The notes beneath the pieces are model-generated. The model ran no database searches. It saw only the letters and a program-made list of their open reading frames with translations, and was not told where the DNA came from. The position numbers and the translations under genes are program-made. A DNA stretch of 64,000 nt, taken from Psilocybe cubensis (Eukaryota). Shown here piece by piece: positions 53,001 to 64,000 of this stretch. Location: the NCBI GenBank assembly GCA_017499595.2, contig CM038998.1, positions 1,798,001 through 1,862,000 on the forward strand, written 5' to 3'. How positions within the stretch are numbered: the stretch's first letter is position 1; every line of letters begins with the position of its first letter.

Positions 53001-53755
53001 CTACACTTTACGTTATAAAAACGAAAACGGTCGCGTCGCCCATGAGCTTCTAATCGACCTTGCCGAATTTGATAAAGCTGCTGGTTTAAAGGTCACGGAC
53101 TTTGCTAAGCGTTTACAGGCAAGTTTTTTTCCATGTCCGGTGGTGTATTTTTCTAACCTGCTCTTTTAGGATTATGGGTTCCACCCACCCACCTGCTCGT
53201 GGCCAATCCAAACTTGTATGTTAATCGAGCCGACAGAATCAGAAACTCTGGATGAACTCGATAGGTATTAGATCTCCGTACCAGTTTCCTGCCCTGATGT
53301 TGACTCTGGCTTAGGTTTTGCGACGCTATGATATCTATTCGCAAAGAAGCTGAGGACATTATTACTGGCAAGCAGCCTAAAGACAACAATCTGTTGAAGA
53401 ATGCACCACACCCTGTATCTGTTGTTATCGCGTCTGACAAAGACTGGAATAAGTTAGTTTATTTATATGTGCGATTCGTCGTCCTAACATATTGCACAAA
53501 AGACCATATAGTCGTGAACAGGCTGCGTACCCTTTACCTTGGCTGAAAGAAAAGAAATTCTGGCCAACTGTCTCTCGGATTGATGATGGTTTGATTTGAT
53601 TCCAAATTTTGCATTAAACTCCTCTGATGATAATTTTTCTAGCTTATGGTGATCTTAATCTTATTGTGAGTACTTTAGTTCTCGAATTCGGATTCTTGAC
53701 TCATGTTTTCATTCATTAGTGTGACTGCCCAACGGTGGAAGAAATGACTCAATAA
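50030..53755 (+). CDS. GCV2: Glycine dehydrogenase (decarboxylating), glycine cleavage P protein, mitochondrial
   Basis: [85 protein letters not shown]; about 15 exons. Confidence 0.97.
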
Positions 53756-53930
53756 ACGAGCACACGACTAGATGACTAGAAAATTAGATATAGATTGTTA
53801 ATTTGTTTTGTTTTGCATGGGCTCTCTACTCCTCTAGACGGCTCGCCCAGCCTCATTTGCGTTGCTCAACCACGCGTCTTACACTTGTATTTTTATGTTG
53901 ACCAATCATTCACTTTTTCCGCATAGTATA

Positions 53931-55439
53931 TCACAAATTCCGTATTTCTTCTGGTAATTCAACATACACTTGAGGGTAATCACTTTCTACTCTACGCAGC
54001 CAATCGAGAGAGAAGTTCAACTTTTTTGCAAATTTGGCAAGCAGGGTAAATGTGACAATATCTGGCTGAACACCATGTTTAGACATCTCACTGAATGCGA
54101 CGGACTGCGCCAAAGTGAACTGCCCCCCTCGGCATAGACATTCTATCCATGTGTTCCAGTTTTGCAGATCTAATTTGAACCCTGTTCTGGTCACCTTTCT
54201 GAGGATTTCTCTCGCCTTGTCTAACCGATGTGCATACCCGCAGGCATCAAGCATGATGGTTACGGTAATCTGATCGTATATCCCACTCATATACATCATG
54301 TCCCATAGTCTGTAGGCATCGCCGAAGCAACCTAATCGTTGATAAGCATCCAAGAGCTGATTTAACAGAATTGGAGTAGGTGAGAATGAGGCATCGAGGG
54401 TGAGGAAGTCATGAACTCGGCGGATCGTGGCAATAAGACGAGGGATGGCTTCTGCGGCCTGTTTCCTGTCTCCGCTTTCAGCAAGTTTTCCAACCATGGT
54501 ATTTATGTGTTTGACGATCAGTCCATAGACTTGGGGCGTAATTACGACTCTTTGAAGTCGCATGTCGTTGACAATACTGAAATAATGGGTGATCAATGGT
54601 GTGTCGAGATTCCCCACAAATGATATATTGCAGTACTCTTCCAGGACATCAAAGAATCCAGTTTGATCCAAGAAGGTTCGTTCTTTGCGGTAAACTGGGA
54701 GCACATCTTCAAAACGACGCTTTTGTCGCATTGCAACAATAATCTTCGCGGCTGCAACGAAACTAGAATTTGTGGGGATGCCACGCATTTCCATGTCTTC
54801 AACGAGAGAGGTTATCAAAGGAGTATGACGGTCTTCCCTTGGGGAGGATAACAGCATTTTAATCATACGATTGTATGTATGTATGTTGGGTCCCGCGGTA
54901 CCATCCTCCAATGAAGAATTTGGATGGGCGGTGGAAATCTCGCGATATAGCTTTAGTGCTTTACAGATAGCATCATATGTGGCGACCTGTCCCAGATACG
55001 TCAACAATGGGGTGACCAGCCTTGCGGTTGGGATAATGCCGGCTTTCAAAGCCATGTTGTAGGTTTTGAATGCTTCTGTAGGTACATTGTACCTTATGCA
55101 GTTTTTCATGACAGCACCGTAGTGTTTAGCGGTCAGTTCGAGCCCATGTTGCGCTGCGAGGCGCTCAAGGTGATAATAGGTTGCACTTTTCATCGCCTTC
55201 AGACTAGGGTCGTTCTGGTCATCATTTCCGGTAGAATCCTGTGGTAATGGCGTAACTAAACCGTGTGTCCCGCCATGGTCAACAAGGGGAGCGGATACGT
55301 TAGCATGTATGCTCGAGTCATGGTCGGTAGAATTTGAGGATGTGCTTGATGGTCGTGAAAGAGAATTATGGAGCAGGGGGGCACGAATGAAGCGACGAAT
55401 GCCTGCAGATCGAATTAAGGCCCCACGAGCGACATTCAT
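53931..55439 (-). CDS. Pentatricopeptide-repeat (PPR) protein, probably mitochondrial
   Basis: Intronless 502 aa; PNIHTYNRMI, LLNQLLDAY, VTIMLDACG, WNTWIECLCRGG, PDIVTF; Arg-rich presequence. Confidence 0.88.
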   Translation of the reverse strand: MNVARGALIRSAGIRRFIRAPLLHNSLSRPSSTSSNSTDHDSSIHANVSAPLVDHGGTHGLVTPLPQDSTGNDDQNDPSLKAMKSATYYHLERLAAQHGLELTAKHYGAVMKNCIRYNVPTEAFKTYNMALKAGIIPTARLVTPLLTYLGQVATYDAICKALKLYREISTAHPNSSLEDGTAGPNIHTYNRMIKMLLSSPREDRHTPLITSLVEDMEMRGIPTNSSFVAAAKIIVAMRQKRRFEDVLPVYRKERTFLDQTGFFDVLEEYCNISFVGNLDTPLITHYFSIVNDMRLQRVVITPQVYGLIVKHINTMVGKLAESGDRKQAAEAIPRLIATIRRVHDFLTLDASFSPTPILLNQLLDAYQRLGCFGDAYRLWDMMYMSGIYDQITVTIMLDACGYAHRLDKAREILRKVTRTGFKLDLQNWNTWIECLCRGGQFTLAQSVAFSEMSKHGVQPDIVTFTLLAKFAKKLNFSLDWLRRVESDYPQVYVELPEEIRNL

Positions 55440-55645
55440 ACGTGTATACTAGCAACGATATGAGTATATAAAAAGCAAAACATGAAAACACAGAACGGAC
55501 CTGTTCAGACTCTGTGCAAAACCTGGAAAAGTACCGAGCGCGACCGAAACTCTTGCATAACGTGTCCTAGGGCGTGGGAACTGCTATTATTACAACGCCA
55601 GCGCACTTGTACCTTTCTCTCTCTTATCCCCCTACATCACCAGCC

Positions 55646-56069
55646 ATGTCTGACAAAATCCGCGAATTCGTTGACGTCCCCCAGCAATTCATCCGCGATG
55701 GAAACCAGGTATGATGTCGCGAGTATCGAACGCCAATAATTCCCACCTGACATCAACATACTTAGTTCCTTACACGTTGCACAAAACCTTCGCAAAAGGG
55801 TTCGTAACAACCGTATATGTCGTGTCTGCTATCCTCAATACGTTCTCTCTCAGAGTTTACCCAAATCTGCAAAGCAGTAGCAGTTGGGTTTGCAGTGATG
55901 GGATTCATTGGTTACTTTGTGAAGTTGATTCACATCCCAATGTGCGTTCTCTCGTTCTCTGTCAAGGCTAGAACTAACAGCGTCCTTTCAGAAACAATAT
56001 CCTTGTGTATGTTCCGTTTCTTCAAATATTTTAATGGCACTCAATTTCTTAAATAGTGGTGGCGCATAA
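55646..56069 (+). CDS. SSS1: Protein translocon Sec61 gamma subunit
   Basis: Five exons: [70 protein letters not shown]. Confidence 0.96.
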
Positions 56070-56103
56070 ACTGCTTGTCATATGTATTTATTGGATTGTA
56101 TCT

Positions 56104-57875
56104 TCACCTAATGGAAACACGCCCTATTTCATGGTGACCGCTTTCATAAGATTCCATCAAGTTTCGACATTCACAATTTGAGGGCAAAATTGTATCTGCA
56201 TTGTACGTTGTAGCAAGTGCATGCGCTATATTCAAGCTATACTCTATCTGCAGCAATAATATCAGGGGAAGGCGGATCCAAATTAATGCCAGCATCAACG
56301 TTTGGGCCATGCTTCCGCAACGCAGGAACACTTTCATCTGAATGTGTTTCATTGTTACTTTTCTTCCAGAAACACCATGCATCGAATACATTCTGAAACT
56401 AATGGTCAATAAGAAGCTCTGGAAAAGTTAGAATGGAGTAAGCCGAACCTTTTGTGTGGCAAATAGCACGAATGCCACCATTGACACTGGATTCATCATG
56501 AATACAGGATAGCATTAACTGATTATCAGGAACGTACGCGCCGCTTGTACCATGTAGGCCCATGGCTGGATTGCACCAGAAAGAAAGACCACGCTAGCAC
56601 TAGCGATACAAAATGTTACTTGAACGGTTCAACGGCCTGACTTCATAAAAGCGCACCCAAAAGTTATCAAAAGGTATATATTAAATAGACTGATTCTTAT
56701 GACTAGCCCCCGCGAGGTGGAACGGTTTGCAAGTGGAAAGCTATTGAGGATCCTCTGCCTCGCCAGGTAGTAACGAATTGCGATAGCAACTAAGGAAACG
56801 CTTTGAGACCTGTTGCGACAGATCAAAGTAAATTCTCACTTTCAAAGCCTAACATCAGGATAAGGATAGTAACTGTGGACAGAGGAACACTCCAGCGGCG
56901 GCTGGAAACAGCGCCTGAGATATTTCGCCAAAACACAAAACTAGAGAGGTCAATCTTACAATGCGAGACCTGTAACGGTGCAATAAAGACCATTAGATCG
57001 GTCGAGTGTGTGTGGTGACTTGATTTGCAGCTACCCAACAATTAACGCAATACTTGTCAGATAGAGTGGAGAATGGCAGAAAAAGATTGAGAAAGCTCAC
57101 CACCAGGGATGTAATGGTAAAGAGAATAAATACAATATAAGGTAAAGATAAGGTCTATATATCGCACTAATAGTGAGAGATCATAGGTGGATACAATAGA
57201 GGAATAGAATATTCACAACAAATAGGGCAGCTTTCTCTGAGCATTGCCGACCACCATAAACGCGCAACGAAATTGGGTCTCGAAAGGTACGCCAAATCTA
57301 TTTGCGTTGAAGTGAGCATTGTAACTTGATTGCTGGCCATTTGATTGATCACCAACTTGAAACACAACCAAAAACGTCCCAACGCCTGCCCTGGAAATGT
57401 GAGGGCAAAAGGTAAGAGTGAGAGCTAAAGGGAAGACATGTTGATTTACATCGGAGGAGCGCCGTTTAGCATCGCTGCCTGCGAGAAGCACAAAGGCGTT
57501 GACGCGGTATGCGAGGTTCCACCCAGAGATCTGAGAAGCAAATATCAGTAATTATCGGAGTTGTTACAAAGGGTGATTTACATACACAAGGGTATATGAG
57601 ATTGAATTAATAACCCATGCAACACAGAAATTAATAAGGGCAGGTTGACGAGGTATTTTTGAAGTCGCAAGGAATGTGATGATGAGCAAAGGCAGTCCGA
57701 CGAGACCACCACCGATATGGAGGGCTAAGAAAATAGGTCGAAGCTCCCCGAGGCGGGCCAAGGAAGCCGCCCGTTGTGTGCTCGCTACAGAAGTTACAGC
57801 GAATTTAGCGTCTACTTGAAATATGTTTTGCGAAGGAGCAAAAAACAAAGAAAGAAACCCACCTTCATCAGCCAT
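56104..57875 (-). CDS. Hypothetical multi-pass (GPCR-like) membrane protein, many short exons
   Basis: LHIGGGLVGLPLLIITF..RQPALINFC and further hydrophobic exons; exon structure uncertain. Confidence 0.5.
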
Positions 57876-58492
57876 TCAGTATTGGCGTTTTACATGAGCG
57901 GTGCTCATCAGCGTTTAGGGGTATATGAGAGAGAGAAAACTAGCCAGGTCACCGTCGAATTCTGTAGTGAAAACAACCCTCACGCGTTAGTCAACGGATT
58001 GACACTGAAAAACTGCCGAGAATCACCTGGGCATGGAGCTTCCTACGGAAGGGCATATCAGGATATAACCGCTTGAATGATGAACTCAAAATAATGAACA
58101 CAAATTCTGGACCGTAACCACATCTCTGTAATGACACCGAAGTTTAGGGAGCTGATAAGATAATGTGGGGTTGGGTCGGTTGGACTTCTCTTCTTCATAC
58201 AGTACTGAGGCTATTTTAAGACGTCTGCCATGTGCCGTACCTCCGATACACACTCACCAGTAGTCCGACCCTTGCTGCGTAGGATCACTCTTACCAGATT
58301 CTCATTGGTGTGACGATCGATAGGGAACAATCAACGAAAGAGGGTCCTCACCTGTACTTTGTGGCGAATTTCGATTGCTAAATTTTGAACATATTTAAAC
58401 CTTTTTCGGCATTAGCAACAATATACCAATCCAATTTGACTTTGCAACCTATTTGAATGGGTTTTTAATATAAACGCCAACGCATTTGTTTA

Positions 58493-61400
58493 TTAACGCT
58501 CAACATTCCCTACTAGCAACAACCCAAACCGTGGACTAGGCTTGGCGAGGTCGATGGCAGACTGTTGAATTTGTCCGATGGAAGGAACACCGACTTGTAG
58601 AAAAGGTGTTTCAAAAGCTGGCGTAGACGGCGGAGGGATAATAACAGAAAGTAAAGTCTGTGACCGTGCTAAATATTCTGACGCTGCTTTCAAAATGTCG
58701 CCCCGAGTGAGTTCATCGACCTAGTTATCAATAAGTTAAACGAAGCTCCAAAGAATGACGGACGTTACGAACACAATGTTCCAATTCTTTTTCCAGGAGT
58801 TCGGATATATCTGCCCAGGGATCACCGTATAAGTTGGATAGCTTCTGAAGAAATGCGATATCGTGCGCATTTTTTTCTCCGTTAGGCCGATGCCCCTCTT
58901 CAAGCCACAGTCTTATAAAAGAACGCAAAATGTCTTGTGCCACAAAATTCTGTTGTGTTGGGTCGCGGAAGACGCCTAACTGACGCACACTCTCGCATAT
59001 AGAGAGCAACGCCTTGAACACATGGGTGGAAGGACCGGCTGTTTTAGATGTCATTTAGAAAGGCGACAAATGTATATGAAATTCATTGTACCTGATATTT
59101 GAGAGGGCCGTTTTTGTATGCTGGGTCTCCATAATTCTAGAATGCGGCCGATGGTAATCTCACGCCATTTTTGGACCACTATCTCATTGATAGTAGTCAT
59201 AGATTTCTTAAAATCTAGCAGCCAGATTAGTAAAATGAGAAAGGCAAACTGTAATCAAAATACACACCTTGCGCACTTGTATGATCACATCCTATTTCGC
59301 GAATGAACGAGGAAGAATAAGTAAGGTCAGCTGTGACTCTGCCTAAAAATGCCAATCCAGCAAGATTCGGAGCTAAAGGAAAGATAAATGGTCAGGAATT
59401 ATTCTAAATCAACAACGGAAGATCGAACCAGTGGAACCTATTGCCTGCATGGCCGTTTCATTAATAAAAGCTGACACTCTATTGGACAGGTCAGTTGCTT
59501 TTGGACGGTATGTTTCTTTTAGTTGTTCTACGATCGGCCTAAGGAAACGTGAATAAGACGGAATACAGGAGCTATAGGACCACATACCCTGTCATTTGGT
59601 CTCCTCCTCTGAGATGCGCGAAATCAAGCTGAATAGTTCTCGCGCATTGTTCAAGAGTAGAAATGACGTTATCAAGCTGTAGAGAGCGTCCAACAAGCTG
59701 TCTTTTTAGTGATACTTGATACTTTTGAAATGGAGCTCCAATAAACGACCTGGCGGTTTGAGAGAGAACTGGTACGGGAGTGGGCTGGAATAAAAAATCA
59801 ACAGGAGAATCAACTACCAAAGAAAATCAGCAAAAAGAATACAGAGAGATATTCAACATGTCTAACCTTTGATAGTATCGGTTTCCAAAGAAAAAACGTT
59901 TTCTCTCAAACGTCTCTGGCATGTTGCTTCAGAATCCAAAAGAGCTTTTGTCCATATCTCTGTGATCCTCTCATGACAGAGAGATTCCAAGTCAGAATCT
60001 AGGCATCCTTTCTCCGTTTCGATTAGACCTGACCCTGAGATGCAGCGTTTCATAGAATTTCGTACAGTCCAAACATCCTTCACTGACTGTAGCCCAGAAA
60101 ACCATTCCTTTGCAGCTTGTCGCCACTGGGTACAAGAATCATTAAACCACTCCTTTAGCCTCTGTGAGAATCCTTTTTGCGATATGGTGATTGAAGAGGA
60201 ATTTAGATCAACGTAGGGAGCGTATGTTCGCAAATTAGGCGGTAACAATTGAAAATTTGCCGAAGAGGTAAGGTGTGTAAGGAGAGACTGGGTAGAAAGA
60301 CGGAGTTCTTCAGGTAGGGATTCATTCCCATCATCTGGATTGGTGAATTTTTCTTGTATAGATTCCAATACACGATAGATAAGTGATGGACGCGATGGTT
60401 GATCTTGGAAAATGACCCTCACGGTGCACACTGTTTGAGAGATAGTATTCAATGAATTTTTCATGGCCTGTGTCACTTCCCTTACGGGAATTGTTTTTGA
60501 CGAAGAGATTTGGCCGTTTGCTTGTGAAGAAGAGCTGGATGTAGAATCCGGATTCCACGAAAGAAGCGACTTTAGGGTCTTTGAGCGTTGTAGAAATAAA
60601 GCCGACAAGGCATCATTTAATGGTCTCGAGTCTAGAAGATGTAGGGTAACAAGAATCGCACATGTGTCCTGTTGTGCCGTTCAGCTAACGACATGTTTGA
60701 TTTGCAAGGGAGAAAGCATACTGAGTTCGATTGAGACGAGTCTCGCAGTGAAAGAGTTGATTTATGAATAATTTGAGAACGGAATTGAGATACCACATCC
60801 CATTGGCGTTGTACAAGTGGAAACTCGGCCTGGTAGACATCTACAATCAGATACTGTCGTTGTGATCATGCTACATAGCTCACCAGGACATCGACGCCCT
60901 CGCCGACCCATGATTGTTCATCTGTGTCGTCGTTTCTTACGAGTGTTCGGTGAACGACACGGGCTAGCAGGAATAACCATGCGGCTTGGTAGTATTGTTT
61001 ACGTTCTATAAGACGCCATAGATGCTCTGGCGCGTCCAAAAGTAGTTTCATGTGGGCAGACAACTCCTGCAGGGTGAGGAGATGGGCGTCTACTTTGGAT
61101 GAATACAAGGTAACACAGAAAATCCAATGAAGATTTTACGCACCATCTATTCCATCTATTGCAGTGGCCTTTGGCGGGGTTCGCAAGGTATCTTGAGATA
61201 CAATGGCATCCTTACACTCTTCAATCGCTTTTAGTACGCGACGTGACGATGAAGCAATGGAAATAATTGACGACGAGGCTTGCAGTAGATCTCGGTAGCG
61301 TTCGCTATTCTCACTCAATAAATTACATTCACAAATGAGCGAGAAGCTACACACCCAACCATGAGCCGCAGCTCCTCTTGTTTCGCCTCGGCATCTGCTC

Positions 61401-61691
61401 TATACATAGGGTAAATAAATCCTACATCGTTTATACAGAATACGAAGCCAACCTCAACCGTTGTTGAACAGCCCTCACTTCCGACACAGTCTGCCTCGTG
61501 AATAATTCATCTGGAGTGAGATTCAGTCCATCATTGGGGGGCTTTGCCGAGGTCAAGGTGTGCTGGAATGTTGCAGTGTAAACCGGCGGCGGCAAAGAAG
61601 AGATATATTGAGACTTTTCAGATAGGTTATGTCCATTGGACTTGGCTGACACTATGGACCGCGCGGAAGAAACACTGTTTAGTGTTGACAT
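58493..61691 (-). CDS. COG1-like / Vps51-domain tethering protein
   Basis: PDELFTRQTVSEVRAVQQRLR|ADAEAKQEELRLMVG|ERYRDLLQAS, KLLLDAPEHLWRLIE; start approximate. Confidence 0.75.
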
Positions 61692-61964
61692 GGACGATGA
61701 ATATGAAGTGACCCCTTTGACTTCAAATAGACCATATTGCTCTCTTCCGCTTACGTAACATATTTCAAGGTAGGCCAATGGCCATCCGCCATTTTCAGCA
61801 TGAAAAGAGTAGCATGTACAAATCATCAACAGTATAATAACCGCCGTCAGGGCGAAGTATGACAATATTATCGTAAAATGGTTTCGGGACTGTACATACG
61901 ATATAACTAGTACTAATGGAAATGGCTTACTAGCCTTGGCATAAGGTGGACGTAAGTAGTTGGT

Positions 61965-63310
61965 CTATCGAATTTCCGACTTGACTTTCACAGATTCGTC
62001 GGGTTCGGTAACACTTTTAGATCTTTCGAGAGAAGGGACAGAGTTTGCAGGCGCATTTTCTTGTCGAGCACCTACAGGAGGGGCACGCGAAGGCGCAGGA
62101 AGCGCGTTTGTCGAACCAGAGCCAACAGGTGATGAATTATTTGCAACACGCTGATCCAAAGCTTTCAGAGCCATAGCCCTATACAAAGCCATGAGTTTGT
62201 CGTGAAAAAAGTAGATAAGGCAAAGGGACAGACCTTCGCCTTTCTGCTTCTGCACGTGTGGTTCCAGGTACTTGTCCATAGCCGCCAAGCTCCACATCTG
62301 AAGCAGAAGAGGGTATCAAGTGGAAGCGATTGGCCAAGGAATAGACGAAATTGCCACCAATGGTCAAAGGGTAGCTGTTATTTGTCATGTTATGATTCCA
62401 GGTGACAGAGTAATAAATCTCGAGCTTACTGCATAAATGGCGGGAACCAAGACACCAAAGAGAATGTTTCGCTTCGGTCGCCATAGGTGTCAACCCCTCC
62501 TGATCCCTCTCCGGGGTTCTTCTTGTAGAAACGTAAATATACCCATCCTACAAACCAGCCAAACTGAATAATGATCCAGGGGCACTGCAGGCCAAGAAAG
62601 CATAGCACGGTTGATAGAGTAAGGTACGCCATTGGCAAGCTCTAGAGAGAGAATGAACATTCGGATTGATTTCATGAATTGACCAACCTACTTTGACGCG
62701 AGTCTTGATGACACCGAAAAGTTGGACCTGGTGTTCGGGTATAAGTTGGGTGAACGCCACAAGAATAGATATCTGTAGAGCCATCTGGCCATGATACTGC
62801 ATTCCATACCTAAATTATATTCAATTCACGCAAAAATTCACGTAGTAATTCCAAACTCACAGAAACAGGTCGGCGTTTCGTGTCGCAATGAATTCTATCC
62901 AATTGAACCCAAAGGCGATGATGTTAGATGCGACGATAGATACCACAATAAACTTGATGGTTTCAATGCTTCCCCATAGCCGTTCGAGATATTTCAACGA
63001 TGCAGGAACGAAGATGAGAGTCATTGCGAACTGTATGTTTCCACATTTTGAGCTGGATTTTTGAGACAACATGTAGAAAGTCACTCACCTCCCATATGGT
63101 CACTTCAACAAAGGCCGAAGTTAGGAGCGTCCAAGGTGCGTAAAGAGCTGATCCAGGGACGAGTGTCATGTATTGACTGGCCTCTGCGCCCATACCATTC
63201 CAGCATAGGTAGCCATAGAGGGCGGATGATACAATGGTTGTTCCGATGAATGCACGTGTAACTGGGGGAATAGACTGTATCAGGACAAGGGGGGACGACA
63301 GAACAGCCAT
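61965..63310 (-). CDS. TMEM115/DUF1751 rhomboid-like Golgi membrane protein
   Basis: IPPVTR, PWTLLTSAFVE, LERLWGS, LVAFTQLIPEH, GWVYLRFY, YGDRSETF..WFPP, RAEAERRR. Confidence 0.88.
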
Positions 63311-63496
63311 TTTGCTGAGAAGGGGGAAAAGAACACGCAAACAGCAGTAATGCTGTTGGAATGAGGATTATTTTTTCTCCTGGCTGGAGGAGCGGTGACA
63401 GGTTACTACTTCGTGCCAAACTCACGTGGTTCGAATCAATATTTGTTATTGCCGTAAGCGATGACAGCTTCCTTCGTTTCTTGCACCTCGTCTCCC

Positions 63497-64000
63497 ATGT
63501 CGGATTACGACTTTCGCCCTGGAGGCTCCCTCAAACTCAAAGGAGGGGTCGCTGAGGGCGGCATTGTCAAAAAGTGTGTACGTCGTCATTTCTCCTCTAT
63601 GAGTTCCGAATCCAACACTCTTTCAGGAAGAAGAAAAAATCCAAGACCAAGTCTGATACCGCACTCAAGGACAAAGAATCTAGCAGTGTCCAAGACCTTG
63701 TGTCTTTAGCGACCGATGGAAACAATGCCTCTACTGGTAGTGGTCGTAATTCTCCTGCTTTGACGAGCAGTTCATCTCGCAAGACTGAGGCAGAAAGGCG
63801 CTTTGAAGAGGTCCAGAAGCGCCGGGTATGTTGCACTATTATCTGGAATTCAATCTGTATTAATGCGCTCCTCTTTTAGCTCGAACAGCGTATATCAAAG
63901 TTGGCGCATAAAACTCATAAAGATCGCGTCAACGAATTTAATGCCCACCTTGAAAGCCTTAGCGAGCACCATGACATCCCTAAAGTGATTACAATGCATC
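63497..64000 (+). CDS. FAM32A/DUF1754 family protein (last exon beyond the window)
   Basis: MSDYDFRPGGSLKLKG, KTEAERRFEEVQKRR, KTHKDRVNEFNAHLESLSEHHDIPK. Confidence 0.92.

Noticed and set aside
2903-53755. Folate/one-carbon/nucleotide metabolic gene cluster (PanE-like, DCD1, ABZ1, HIU hydrolase, GCV2)
   Set aside because: The genes are dispersed among unrelated housekeeping genes; ordinary conserved synteny explains it.
58076-58156. Possible C/D-box snoRNA (ATGATGA...CTGA); a similar pair lies near 35000-35060
   Set aside because: No rRNA-complementary guide or terminal stem recognised; such boxes occur by chance. An Rfam/snoscan search would be needed.
1-64000. CRISPR arrays, rRNA/tRNA genes, telomeric repeats, prokaryotic operons or HGT islands
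   Set aside because: None seen; eukaryotic intron-containing genes throughout. The intronless ORFs (PanE-like, F-box, PPR) look like typical fungal families. An intron-containing tRNA could be missed by eye.

Overview
Intron-rich, gene-dense fungal DNA, most likely an Agaricomycete (mushroom), judging from short GT-AG introns with CTRAY branch sites and recognisable protein families. About 30 mostly housekeeping genes are present, including UTP17, a GNL1/LSG1-type GTPase, VTA1, POP3, DCD1, TTI1, ABZ1/pab1, UBC12, RRP1, RSC9, GCV2, SEC61-gamma, COG1-like, TMEM115-like and FAM32A-like. The main surprise is two near-identical ~595-bp non-autonomous TIR elements (MITEs, TA target duplication) at 7359-7950 and 37624-38218. 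The second sits inside the last coding exon of the PABA (aminodeoxychorismate) synthase gene. Unspliced, it truncates the enzyme. However, it carries its own AG|GTAAGC donor and a CTGAT branch site in its 3' TIR, and its duplicated TA plus the flanking G form the acceptor. Splicing would therefore leave an in-frame, stop-free 11-codon insert, making it a candidate intron-generating (introner-like) MITE. From recalled literature, the pab1...glydh-sec61 neighbourhood suggests the HD (MAT-A) mating-type locus lies nearby, outside the window. All gene models were assembled by eye, no database searches were run, and boundaries of multi-exon genes are approximate.
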